A stretch of DNA of 64,000 nt from Sporopachydermia quercuum (lineage: Eukaryota), in assembly GCA_001599295.1 (NCBI GenBank), contig BCGN01000004.1, forward strand, positions 376,138-440,137. Direction: 5' to 3'. The position numbers and the translations under genes were made by a program. The notes under the pieces are model-generated. The model worked only from the letters and a program-made list of their open reading frames with translations. It was not told where the DNA came from and made no database searches. The stretch's first letter is position 1; each line of letters opens with the position of its first letter. Shown here piece by piece: positions 46,713 to 58,533 of this stretch.

Positions 46713-47606
46713 CTAGCTATTATTGGGGACAGCGTACTTCTCTGTCCACTCACGAGCTGTAGCAATAGCTTTAGGCTCATCACTCTTCCATTCCTCTGCT
46801 ACATCATTTGCCAAAGGATCGTCCTATAAATTAGTGGCACATTAGTTTTCACATTCCTCTAAAAGTTGTACAATTCATACCAAAATTAACTGATTCGATA
46901 CATACTGGGTTGGGTGCGCCCAATAAGGCTTGGATTGATAGTAGAATTGTTCGGATTTGCAACGCTGGCGACCAATTTGCTAGTGTTTTGTTAGAGAGAA
47001 GCCCATTAGAGACGCGTTCTTGCTTAGGCTGTAATCGTTTTCGCGTTTTTATAAAAGCACGTACATTTTAAAACATCTAAACAGATTCTACCTAGTCTGT
47101 CGATATTAGGATGGTATATTCTTGTAAGGAATCTGACTTTAGGAGCGGCCACTATCACTTTGTTAGTAATCCTCTTAGCATCATGGCGAATCCCCATGTC
47201 GCTTGTGTCATATTTCACTTACTAGGATAATCGTCTGGTAAAAATAGCTCTAGTTTAAATTCACCTTCTATATATCTTTGTGTTAGTTCATCATTGAATA
47301 CAATCTTTTGATACTATCAGATCTACTTACTCTCGTAAGGAGACGAATCTGGACCTTTCATAGTAACATCAAAAAATCGTAAGTTGTCTTCGTGTGGTGT
47401 TGCAATAATACCAGGAACTGGATCACTGATCAACTTCTCAGATTCCTAGAACTCAGGTAGGTTAGCATGTGCGCATAAGCTGTATAGTTGCTAGATCTCT
47501 CTCTCATTCAGAGATTGTCGTTAAATCTCTGCTGTAATACAAGAAATGTTCCATTAAACCTTTCACAGTAACATACCTTAATGATCCTTCTAGATAAACC
47601 AGACAT
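46713..47606 (-). CDS. UBC13: E2 ubiquitin-conjugating enzyme Ubc13; exons 47606-47577, 47445-47331, 47267-47223, 47151-47065, 46979-46906, 46823-46713 (153 aa)
   Basis: Five GT-AG introns with CTAAC/CTAAT branch sites give [23 protein letters not shown]...[51 protein letters not shown]...AREWTEKYA. Confidence 0.95.
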
Positions 47607-48170
47607 TTCAAAAGATATGGGTAGTGCTGACTTGATTTGCTGATGATTGTTTTCCTCAAGGTAGTAAGTATTACACTAACCACATCAAACAGTATAAGAA
47701 ATATCAACGGTTACCAATGCCGACTTATACCCGGTGCTTATCGACCAAATTACTTCTGATAGAAATTTCGATGTTCAAAACAAAAACTAAACTCAAATTC
47801 TGCTAACGTTCTTCAAAGTGAAGATGTTCCTAATCATTAATGACTGTATACATAACTTGGATGTTCCGAATTATTGTCATCTTAGAATTTATAGAAGATC
47901 ACTTTCCTGAGTACTATCTCAAACTCAAACAAGAGAATATTCTGATTATGTCATCCTTTATTTAAAATAAGAACAGTGGAATCTATAATGTATGATAATT
48001 TCCGATGTTCTTAACATCCCAAAATCATTAATTTTCAATATCACACATCTTCTTCCCATATATTTGATCTCCCAACAAGTAAAAAAATAGTAACGATTAT
48101 ATATGAATTTTTAAAGATTACTAAGCGGAGCATTTTATAGAAGATAAATCCCTTCACAGGTTAAAAAATA

Positions 48171-48641
48171 ATGTCACGACGAAGAACAGGAAGAATAATA
48201 GCAATTTTAATTGGCGCTGGAATTGGTGCCTATGTAGGTGTTAAATATCTGTCAGACTATGATTTGGTATGTTCCTATTATTATGTTCAATAAGAAGGAA
48301 GACCTTCTAGTTTTATTTCCTACATTACATCTTATCATTTCTTTTAGCTATTGGAACAACTGATTTTTTACTAACTATTTGTGAAGATTCAAAAGGTAGA
48401 GCTCCCTCCTGAGTATAACGAAGATGGCTCAATCAAGCACAGAAAAGTAAGAGTGAGGTTTGAAACACCTCGTCCCCTGGTTTTGAAACCAGAAGTGAAA
48501 GAGCGACAAGATAGACTTTTGAAGGAAAGGCAAAAAGAACTAGAGAAGGAAGCCCAGAAACAAGGACTACTTCAAGCTCTGGCAGATAAGAAGATAGCAG
48601 AAGAACTTGAAAAATCAGATGACGGTAAAACATTGTGGTAA
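48171..48641 (+). CDS. Small uncharacterised single-pass membrane protein; exons 48171-48266 and 48387-48641 (116 aa)
   Basis: GTATGT donor at 48267, TACTAAC at 48369-48375, AAG acceptor; product MSRRRTGRIIAILIGAGIGAYVGVKYLSDYDLIQKVELPPEY... Confidence 0.7.
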
Positions 48642-48800
48642 AGTGTGGTTATTTGTAGATGGATCAAATTATGAGAAGTCTCCTTTTCTCTATTATTTCT
48701 AGTTTTTATGGTTTTTATCATTCTTCTTGTAAATAAATTGTGCTGGTGGAGTGTGTTCGGCACTCAGGCAATGAACTATGTAATACTCAATCAATAACCT

Positions 48801-49110
48801 CCATTAGAGGTTATTGATAAACAATTAAATAATGTAAAAAGACGATGAAGGCGCTGCCAAGGAAATTACGAAAAAGATACTTATGTTTGATCGTAAATTG
48901 TATGACGATAATACTGGTTATGATTTTTCTGACGTTACGGAAGGAGATGATGAATTCCTAATTGCCATTATCACCAAATGGGCATCCGAAGAGTCAAAGT
49001 TAGATGAAACGATTGCTACTGTTGTTGAAAAGTGTTTTGACAAAACTATATGTGCATTTAGCAGTAAAATTTCCAACTACGGGTCAGTCAAATTAAACAG
49101 AATAAGTTGA
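48801..49110 (+). pseudogene. Possible degenerate MLLE/PABC-like fragment, convergent with PAB1
   Basis: Frame from 48841 reads DDEGAAKEITKKILMFD...DDEFLIAIITKWASEESKLDETIATVVE, alignable by eye with the Pab1 C-terminus; in-frame TAA at 48835-48837 just upstream. Confidence 0.35.
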
Positions 49111-49639
49111 ATTTATTGTTATTTTTGGAATTTTCTAGTTTTTTTGTCATTTTTTATACAATTAATCGTCATTAATATGCCAAAGTAATAATGAAAATTA
49201 ATCATAATAGTCATTTGTTAGTTGGCAAAGAAGCTTATTTCTTCAACGAATCAACAAAACTTCAAGAATCCTAATTATAACAATAACACCCACTTCTGAT
49301 TCCTCCATCAAACAGTCACTACCTACCCAGAATTGTTGAATCAAGTGACTTAAAGCTGAATTACTCTCAGGACATGAAAAAAGAAAGAAAATCTGTCCTG
49401 TAGTAAAAGCCATTACTGAATATGCTAATTTGCTAACAAATAGTGGTTTATCCTAATGAACACATTGGAGATATTTAATACTAGCGAGACAGTAAATTAA
49501 TAGAAATCCAAAGTAATAAAAAAGACAATTGCCAATCAAGAATAAAGAAAAATAGGATAATAAATGAAATTGACTATACTGACAAAGAGAAAAAGATAAT
49601 GTTGCAATTCAAAGCGGAAAAAAAAGAAAAACAAGAAGT

Positions 49640-51601
49640 TTACTCTTCCTTAGTGGGTTCAGCATTACCTTCTTCGTGATTCTTCTTGAACTCTTGGTAA
49701 GCAGTCAAGGCTTCATCAAGTCTTTCTTTGAATAAATGATCTTGTTCAATCATAGCAATGATTTCTTCGTTGTCCATTTCCAGAAGAATACCAGTCAATT
49801 TACCAGCAATTTCTTCGTCTGAGATTTTTTCAGAGCTTTGGACCTTACCGTAAAGTACTTCACCTAAGATTCTCTTGTGTTGATCTTCAGGAGCGTTGGC
49901 AAGGACTTCTCTAACGGGAATTTGGGTTCTGGGCTTCACGTTGCTTGGACCATTTCTGAAGTGACCATTGTTGCCAGGATATCTTTGTTGAGGACCTCTC
50001 TGAGGTTGACCTGGTACCATTCCGTTGCCGAAATCATTGTACACAGGAGCAACACCATATACAGGTAAAGGTTGACCGTTAGGTCCAACTGGAGGTTGAT
50101 TACCCCATTGTCCTCTTGGAACACCCATTCTAGGACCTGGGACACCACCTTGCATCATTACTTGACCAGGGGCACCGGCGAAAGGTCTTCCACCAGGACC
50201 GGCACCAGGAATGAAACCTGGTTGTTGAGCACCGTAGAACATAGGAGGAATAAATTGGCCTGGCATACCAGCAGCAGCAGCGGCTTGTTGTATTCTCATT
50301 TGATTTCTGGCTTGGACTTGTTGTTCTAATTGAGATCGTCTAGCTTCCTTCTTTTGAGCAATAGCAACATAGATAGGCTTGCCAGCAATCATTCTTTGGT
50401 TCATTTCAGCGACAGCCTTAGTAGCTTCTTCCACGGCGGAGTAGCATACAAAACCGAAACCCTTGCTCTTTCCGTTTTCGTCAGTCATAACCTTGGCCGA
50501 GGTGATGGTACCAAAAGGAGAAAATTCTTCTCTCAATTTTTCATCATCAATGCTATCATCCAAATTCTTGACGAACAGATTAACACCTTGGTACTTAGAA
50601 AGCTTTTCTAAACGAGCAGCTTCGTATTGCTTCTTTAATTCTTCAACTCTTTCGAATTTCTTTTGAGCTCTTCCAACGTATAAGTTCTTGCCTTTCAATT
50701 CATAGTTATTCATCTTTTCGATACAAGCGAGAGCTTCTTCATGTGTTTCAAAGTTAACAAAACCGAAACCTCTGCTCTTTCCATCTTCATCCTTGGACAA
50801 GGAAATAGAAGTGACGTTTCCAAATGGCTTGAAAAGTTCTTCAAATTCAGCATCAGTGACTTCAGGGTCAACATTCTTGACGTAGATGTTGGTGAAGTTA
50901 GCCTTCATTTCTTCAAATTTGGATTGTCTGTCTTTCTTGGCAATGTGAGGTCCAACAAAAACTTCTCTTCCATTCAATAACATACCATTGACATTTTCAA
51001 TAGCAGCTTGAGCAGATTCGGCTTCTTCGTAGTGAACGAAACCAAATCCCTTGGGAATACCGAACTCGTCAGTAGCAACCTTGCAGGACAAAATACGACC
51101 GAAAGCAGAGAAAGTGTCATGTAGAGCCTTGTTATCAATAGAAGGATCTAAGTTCTTGATGAAAATGTTTCCAGCTCCATTTCTTCTCAGAGAAGGATCT
51201 CTTTGAGACCACATGATTCTGCAAGGTCTGCCCTTGATAGGAGTGAAATTTAATTCATCCAAAGCTTTTTCGCCGTCGTTTTGTTCGTGAAAGTTGACAT
51301 AAGCGTAACCGAGAGATCTCTTAGTGACAGCATCACGGCAAACTCTGATAGAAGAAACTTGACCAATCTGAGAGAAGATTTCGTACAAAACTGATTCGTT
51401 CACGGAAGGATCAAGCTCACCAACATACAAAGAAGCGGAAACTTCAGGGTTAGATGTTTCAGCGGTCTTTTCGGTTTCTTCTTCGGTGGTGGTTGCAGTA
51501 GTAGTCTTTTCACTGCTGGCTTCAGCTGGAGCAGCAGTGTCGTTAATAGAGAGCTTATCTAAAGCTTCTTGAGCAGCAACAGTAGCAGCGTCGGTAGACA
51601 T
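49640..51601 (-). CDS. PAB1: Polyadenylate-binding protein
   Basis: Four RRMs ([42 protein letters not shown]), P/Q/G linker and C-terminal MLLE domain (KLTGILLE). Confidence 0.98.
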   Translation of the reverse strand: MSTDAATVAAQEALDKLSINDTAAPAEASSEKTTTATTTEEETEKTAETSNPEVSASLYVGELDPSVNESVLYEIFSQIGQVSSIRVCRDAVTKRSLGYAYVNFHEQNDGEKALDELNFTPIKGRPCRIMWSQRDPSLRRNGAGNIFIKNLDPSIDNKALHDTFSAFGRILSCKVATDEFGIPKGFGFVHYEEAESAQAAIENVNGMLLNGREVFVGPHIAKKDRQSKFEEMKANFTNIYVKNVDPEVTDAEFEELFKPFGNVTSISLSKDEDGKSRGFGFVNFETHEEALACIEKMNNYELKGKNLYVGRAQKKFERVEELKKQYEAARLEKLSKYQGVNLFVKNLDDSIDDEKLREEFSPFGTITSAKVMTDENGKSKGFGFVCYSAVEEATKAVAEMNQRMIAGKPIYVAIAQKKEARRSQLEQQVQARNQMRIQQAAAAAGMPGQFIPPMFYGAQQPGFIPGAGPGGRPFAGAPGQVMMQGGVPGPRMGVPRGQWGNQPPVGPNGQPLPVYGVAPVYNDFGNGMVPGQPQRGPQQRYPGNNGHFRNGPSNVKPRTQIPVREVLANAPEDQHKRILGEVLYGKVQSSEKISDEEIAGKLTGILLEMDNEEIIAMIEQDHLFKERLDEALTAYQEFKKNHEEGNAEPTKEE

Positions 51602-53935
51602 TGTGGTTTAATTGAATAAGTTTAATGAGTAAAATTCCTAGAATTAACCGGCTGTTGAATTGATGATGCTGTGAAACTTTCGTTTATAGGTTGGAGCTTT
51701 TGTGTGAATGGCGTATAAACAACTGAACAGAATAACAAAGTGTGATAACTTTTCAATGATCAGCTACAGTAGTATCCAATTGATGTATACTCAATCTAAA
51801 AATCTAAATTGATAAAAAGCTGAGATATCTAAAGGTTATTTATAACAATTTGGATGATCTCTGGTTAGTTGAATGGCTGTTTATGAAAACAGTGTTCTGT
51901 TAGGCGTTTACGTGGGTTTTTTCTGTTTCTTGATAAATCCAGGGAACCTGAATATATACTTTATAATCCTTGAGGGAAATTTGACTGTTTGAGTCCTGAA
52001 ATTAGCTTCTCTTTCCTGATAGCAGATGGAACAAAAAATAAGTTTCAAGATCAAGTCAAAATATATCCTGAATTATTCTTTGCGGTTGATGTCTGCTTGC
52101 GAAGAAGAATAGTAGAATTTTTCCTGTCTTCGGAACCAAGTCTGTTGCTCCTCCCACAAAAAAGAATTGTGGTTGAAATTTCAAAAAATTTTCATTGAGG
52201 CGGTTTTTGGGTTCTTCTTTTGTGGACAAAAAGTTTGTTTGTGACTGATACACACGCGGTGGTATTGTGTTTAAGGGACAGTGCTTTGGGTAATGTTTGA
52301 TATGGAGAACAAGCCAGTTAGAGCTTCTGGTGATAACTCTATTGACAATAATCTCCCACAATTATGAGTCTTTTATGCTTTATTACAATTTAACTTTGCT
52401 TGTATCGAAACGTTGAAATGTAGGAATAGAAGCAGAACATGCGAGAGAAGCCAAGGGCTTCAAAAACTCAACACTCCGGGACATCAACAATTCGGACAGA
52501 TAGTGCAATACAAGAACTATTCATCATTGAGTATAATTAAAACTTATTACCATAATCACTAAAATGTTTGGGTGTTTCAAAATGTGTCAAATTAAAGTTG
52601 ATGCGAGGAATGCGTATTTCGCATAATTTGACATTCCATCGCAGTAGTTGGCAGCAAACCTTGATCAGGGTCTTCTAATCGATGCCCAGGTGAATTCATG
52701 TGATTATGTTATGGAATTGATCTCCAATTCTTTTTTCCTACTGCTGAAACTAAACCACCAAAGATAACATTAAAACTAATAATAATTGCGTGGTTTCTGA
52801 ATACTGCATGAGTGTTACTAAGTACAGAATGATGTATTCCCGAAGTTGCAGTAGTAATAATTTCTTATATTGTATGAACATTCTTGTTGGTATGTATTTA
52901 TTATATGATATCTGTTTGTTATGTATGGTAGGTTTGGTGGATATGGTGATGCCAAGATAACACAGGCTAAGTGATAAGACTATAAACGCAGGAATGTAAA
53001 TTGCTCCTCTAATTAGTGCAATAATGTATAATATGAACTGTTATAATCTTTCAAACCAGTACTTATCTGCTTTTCTTCTTTCTAATTGCTTGTTCTGTTG
53101 TGTAGAGTAAACATTAATTATGCTTGCTCTATTCACTCTTCACCTTATTCTTTCCTTCGTGGAGTCCGACGTTCCCCTATTCTCGGTGCCCCTAATTTAA
53201 TACATAAGCAACACTTAGGCATTGATAGTCCTGTGATATATGCTTAACTATATGATAAGATCTTGCTTTACAACACTTCTTAAATTTATGTCCCAATTAA
53301 ATCCCATCAATTTAATAAAGATCTCCTTTATAGAATAATATAACCTCACTAGGTTCAATCATTGAAACCTCCGTCATCCTCCGCCTTTACCTCCCTTCCT
53401 CTTTGGAATCGTACACTTTTCAATTTTTTTACAGCTTATTATTCCTATTTTATACTACTTACTTTCGATCTTCTTTTCATCAATTATCAATCAAAACTGT
53501 TGTCTTATATTCCCTTAACAACCACTACGAACATCGACTCCCCCACAGTTCTTGTTTTTGCTTATCTGAGAGGAGACATCAGCCCTCTATCTACAATCAA
53601 GCAACTTCTGGATATTTACTTTGTGTTTCTGAAGATCTCAGATCATCATCAAACTATGGATTATCCTCAAATCTGATTTCTTATCATATATTTTAACTAC
53701 TATCAAGATATTTGCCCGAGTTTGAGAGACAGTGCTTCTCTTTTTTTTTGTTTAATTGAATAGTATCAATTCCATTGGCTTTATTGACTTCTCTAGAAGA
53801 ACGTTTGCAATTTTCTTTAACTACTATCATCAAAGTCCCGGATTGAATATTGATTGTCCCTTGCAAACTTGAAAGAGAAATAACATATGGATTGTTGTTA
53901 GAAAGAATTTGAAACACCTAAAATAATATTAAATA

Positions 53936-54898
53936 ATGCAAAACAGTATAGATCATGATTCCGTGAGGTCACGAATCACAACGGAGTTAGGATCACTGAA
54001 TGAGGCTCTTCGATCACAGAGAGTTTTAATGAACTTACAGCATCAAGAATTGCTACGGAAACTACAGGAACAGAACCAAGAGTATCAAAATGCGATTACA
54101 ACTTTGAGAAGAGAAAATTCATCATTACGGGAAGATATGAGAGCTATGGTCACACTGATGGAAAGTATGTCACGGAAATTGGAAGCTGAGTTGGATTTGA
54201 AAGCAGAGAATCATCTACGGCAAGCCAAAGAGCTATTTGATCTTCGTGATAGTAATGTAGACTCGACATTACGCTCTACGCATCAAGCTGTTGCACCTAA
54301 TAATGCTCCAGGCCATAACAATGCTGCCTTAACGGCATTATCATATCAAGACCCATCAACAGGCTTACGACATGACAGTAGAAGCATGGATGGATTGACA
54401 ACAGGAAACAATGGAAATACTGTCGCAGCGGCAGGCCCCCAATCCGGCTCTTCCGGGGTTCAACAAAGAAGAGGACAATCTGGAACAAACGACTTGGATG
54501 ATGACGACGATGTATCAATGGACACAACAAATGGTGGAGGCCCAGTCTCTCAACTGACCAATTTCCAATTTTCACCAGTTAATTCTGTAATGGATGTAGT
54601 AGAAGAGTGGTATCACGGAATTGATGGTATGATGTCAGTACAAGCTCTGGATGCTCAGTTTGGTTCAAAATGGCGTGGAAATGCAAGATCTAAAATTAGC
54701 AAAATGTATTACCGAAGGAAAAGTTTGATCAAAGCAATTGAAAAAGGGGTGAACGAGTTGGGACTAACGCGGGAAGAAGCAATTCACGAGTTAGAATCAG
54801 CAAGAGTACGTGAAGATGGTGTTTTGCATACAATATATTGGTTATACACTAATATACCAGCTAGGTTGAAACCAGCAAGAAGACCTATAGATGAATAA
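53936..54898 (+). CDS. GCR1_C-domain transcriptional activator (Msn1/Hot1-like)
   Basis: N-terminal coiled coil; C-terminal SVMDVVEEWYHG..SVQALDAQFGSKWR..YYRRKSLIKAIE signature. Confidence 0.8.
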   Translation: MQNSIDHDSVRSRITTELGSLNEALRSQRVLMNLQHQELLRKLQEQNQEYQNAITTLRRENSSLREDMRAMVTLMESMSRKLEAELDLKAENHLRQAKELFDLRDSNVDSTLRSTHQAVAPNNAPGHNNAALTALSYQDPSTGLRHDSRSMDGLTTGNNGNTVAAAGPQSGSSGVQQRRGQSGTNDLDDDDDVSMDTTNGGGPVSQLTNFQFSPVNSVMDVVEEWYHGIDGMMSVQALDAQFGSKWRGNARSKISKMYYRRKSLIKAIEKGVNELGLTREEAIHELESARVREDGVLHTIYWLYTNIPARLKPARRPIDE

Positions 54899-55140
54899 GT
54901 AAATAAACAATGAAATAACTGGAACCATGCAATAACGGTGAAGTACCCTGGGTTAATGATTTATGGAATGACAGACGTTGATTCAAACATAGATGGACAA
55001 TTATTAAAACTGAAATGTTATCAACTAAATGAAGGAGTTCAAATGTACTTTTATATATTGGATATGTATTATTATAGCAATTAATATGTTATAAAAATAA
55101 TATTGTATGTAGTTGAGAGTAACTGGTACTAATATTAGAA

Positions 55141-56092
55141 TTAAGCAGTTCTCTTTCTTCTTCCAACGTGGGCTTGGAAACCAGTCTTGATCGAAGAAAC
55201 AGATCTGGTACTTCCACATGTCTTACATCTCAAAAAGTACAATCTGTTTTCTTTGGTCATTTCAGTGTTGATTGACTTACAAGTCTTGCAAGTGACATAT
55301 TCCACAATGTATCTTCTTAAAACATTCTCAATTTGTTTCTGTTGGAATCGGCCCTTGATGATCAGTCTCTTTTGACCATCAATAGAACCAGAGGTACCCA
55401 ATTCTGCAAATAAGTATTGAATAACATGCTCTGGGGATCTTTGCATTCTTTCGGCAATTTCTTGGACATTAGCAAACACACTCTTCTTGTTACCATCTCT
55501 TGCCACTTGTGGAGGAGGAATTTTATACTTGAGGGTGGTTCTATCACCAGCAAACTCGGGGTTGTTTTCGCGCAGAATTTGGAAAAATCTGGTTAATAGT
55601 TGTTCGTATGTAAGATCAGGTTCACCGCTTTCTTCGACTATAGTGCTTTCTTGTCCCTCATCTTCTAGAACACCAGCTTTCTCCAACTCCTTCTTGAATT
55701 CATCTCCATGAGCCTTCTTCTTCTTCTTCTTTTTCTTTAGACTTAGTTCCCCTTCAGCATCATCCTCTTCATCTGCAGGTGCGCTTGATTCTTTGCTGGA
55801 CTTCTTCTTCTTCTTCTTCAAACTTAGTTCAGGTAAGACATCTGTTATTTCGTCAACTTCATCTTTAGTCTCATCGTCTTCAACCAACACCTTCTTTGAC
55901 TTCTTCTTCTTCTTTAGAGTTGAAAGATCAATCTACAAGCTATGTTAGTCACCTCAAATCAAAATGTTCAATGATATTTTTGCTTTCTTCCTGCTTCTTT
56001 CTCCCATTGTTCGCGTTTGATCATACGGTACTTACGTCTTCAGTTTCCTGAGTTTCAATCTTGGGCTCTGTGGCCTCAACTTCAGCAGACAT
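55141..56092 (-). CDS. SUI3: Translation initiation factor eIF2 beta; exons 56092-56036 and 55932-55141 (282 aa)
   Basis: Three poly-Lys boxes, [15 protein letters not shown]2-C2 finger CKTCKS..CKTCGS; intron GTAAGT..GACTAAC..TAG. Confidence 0.95.
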
Positions 56093-56196
56093 TTCCAATG
56101 ATTGATATCTCAAAATACCTAATTGATTATTGTTAAACTGATAAACAATGTTTTGATNAGGTTCTGCTTCGCCTATATTTGTTTCTCATTTCTAAT

Positions 56197-56205
56197 ATGA
56201 GTCAT
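56197..56205. promoter_or_regulatory. Gcn4/AP-1 consensus ATGAGTCAT in the SUI3-PIN3 divergent promoter
   Basis: Perfect 9-bp match about 105 bp upstream of the SUI3 ATG. Confidence 0.4.
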
Positions 56206-56671
56206 GAGATGTATTTTGCGCCTAGTGTTTTTTTCACTATGATGCAAATTTTGATGACTGAATCTGAAAATATCCTTGTAAAATGAGGTGTGATGTTGGT
56301 GACAGGGTAATTCCTCATTCTTATTCTGTGTTTTACCACGTCACGTAACTATCGGCATTGAAGGGCCGATGTTCAAAGTGGAACGAGACGTGATGTTAAC
56401 TGGGATCTTCTGATTTGCCCCTCTGCTACATAGCCCCTGTTGCCATTCTTACATAAGATTTACTTGTGCTTTATATTTCAGAATAATGCTTATCTACGGA
56501 AAATATAAAAGTGGATGTTAATCTATCCTTCTTATCTAATTGAGATATTCATGAACAGGATTAACTCACAGGTTATGTTTACCTGTCTATAGATCAGAGT
56601 TGTTTCTGTATGGAGAAATTCTATAAAGATCAAACACAAGAACGAAAACAATAGATACTCAAACAATCAAA

Positions 56672-57412
56672 ATGGATCAAAACGTGCCATTAATCAACAG
56701 ATCATTAACTACCATTCACAATGAGTTAGACTTTTTAGTTGAATCGGGTGTTATCAGCAGTAAAAGCAGAGAACTTGTTAATGAGCAAATTCCTAAGAAA
56801 TACACACCGATTTCAAAAGGTAAAGTGAACGAATCTACAAGACCCCAGATCACAGTTGCTTCAACAGGGGAAGAAGTAGTCAAAGCAATGTACGATTACA
56901 ATGCCCAAGACCCGTCAGATCTGACACTAAGGAGAGGGGATGAAGTTGTTATACTGGAGAAAGTGAATGCTGATTGGTGGAGAGGTCGGTCAAGGTCAAC
57001 TAATTCCGTTGGTATCTTTCCAAGTAATTATGTTGAGCCGATAAGTGGTAATAATGAGAAGTCATCTTACAAAGATGAAAAGGAGAGTTTGCCAGTCTTA
57101 GCTCAAACAAATCCTCCATATGCACCACCCAACTACAACAACGATGTGTATCAACCACCGGCAAACGCTCCGTACTATCCTCCTCCAAATAACTACTCTC
57201 AACCCCAATTTCCACCACCTTCTACGGATTACTATCCTCAGCCCCAACAACCTGCTCAATTACAAGTACCCCAGCAACCAGTACAACAACAGCACACTGG
57301 TTCGTCTCAGGTTGGTCATGCTGCTGCAAAGATTGGCAAAAAGTTTGGAGATGCCGCTATCTTTGGTGCTGGTGCTACTATTGGTAGTAACATTGTCAAC
57401 TCCATTTTCTAA
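56672..57412 (+). CDS. PIN3: SH3-domain protein Pin3/Lsb1
   Basis: INRSLTTIHNELDFL N-terminus, SH3 (AMYDY..DWWRG..GIFPSNYV), P/Q-rich linker, C-terminal GDAAIFGAGATIGSNIVNSIF. Confidence 0.9.
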   Translation: MDQNVPLINRSLTTIHNELDFLVESGVISSKSRELVNEQIPKKYTPISKGKVNESTRPQITVASTGEEVVKAMYDYNAQDPSDLTLRRGDEVVILEKVNADWWRGRSRSTNSVGIFPSNYVEPISGNNEKSSYKDEKESLPVLAQTNPPYAPPNYNNDVYQPPANAPYYPPPNNYSQPQFPPPSTDYYPQPQQPAQLQVPQQPVQQQHTGSSQVGHAAAKIGKKFGDAAIFGAGATIGSNIVNSIF

Positions 57413-58533
57413 TCATTTGACGCATGTATAAGATCAAATTGTATGTATAAATAAAACAACTTGCTACATAGAAAAGTTGTGTATAGAAGTTCAATATTTA
57501 AGTATCTCAATATTGGAACAGGTTTTACTATCTTGCAACTGTTTTGGTTATACTCATTTCTTGTAGAATTGCATTTCAGTTCCAAACAGTCAGGATTCGC
57601 TTTTGGGTTTGTCGGCATAGAACCTCAAGTATTATAGAGGATCCAGTTTTTATTATTGAATCTTCAAAGAAAATCAACTTTAACTTTAATAATAAGAAGA
57701 TTTAATTATTCAAGCTTAAATCTTCATTTATTTCTTGATTTGGCAATATGATTGATTTCTCACGTTTTCATGATCAATTATACCGTTGTCATATACAGCT
57801 TGCTAAACCGATTATACCGCGGAACTAAATATCTAGAAAAATTGAAATGGGCTTTTATTTAGGTACTAATTAATTTCTGTTCTGTATTTCTAAATTATTA
57901 TTCAATTTGTTAGTAAGGGCCACTTCTACTCTCAAATCTCATGCCATCATAATTGTCACTTTCCTGTGTCACTATATGTAATATATGCATTATCCTACAT
58001 TAACTTGCATGATACGAAGAAGCTTTCACCGGAATTTCTTCTCATTGCTGAGAAGGGCAAGTGCTTGATGATCAGAGGGTGGAATAAAAGTGTTCTGTAA
58101 TAGTTGTTTGAAGAAATTGTCGAAAAATTAATCGAACACTTTAAATTGGTATCCTGTTCCTTTTACCTACGATATTTTGCTATTTTATTTTTGACTTTGA
58201 ATCATTAGAGATCTACTTAGATCTGCACTCGTTTCTCTCGCAGGAAGGGAAGACTGCCAACTAGGCGAAAAAGAAGAAAGCATTTTGATCCGGATAATAC
58301 CCCTACAATTAGGTATTATTTTACTTGAAAGGAGGCTAACTTTGGTGCTATATCGTTGACAACGGCTCTATTTTGTTTTAGTTGATAGTCATACTCTCAA
58401 GAGTAGTACTAGGGAGAGTAGCAAATTACCTTGCATCATACAAAACTTGATCATATATGAATCTTATTGCAATCAAACTAAGCAAATGAATTCATTATAC
58501 TTTTGGTATAACCTCACCTATTTCTGATCAAAT

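Noticed and set aside
2..56092. Concentration of translation-related genes (NMD3, SUP45, EFB1, PAB1, SUI3)
   Set aside because: Spread over 56 kb among unrelated genes; compatible with chance.
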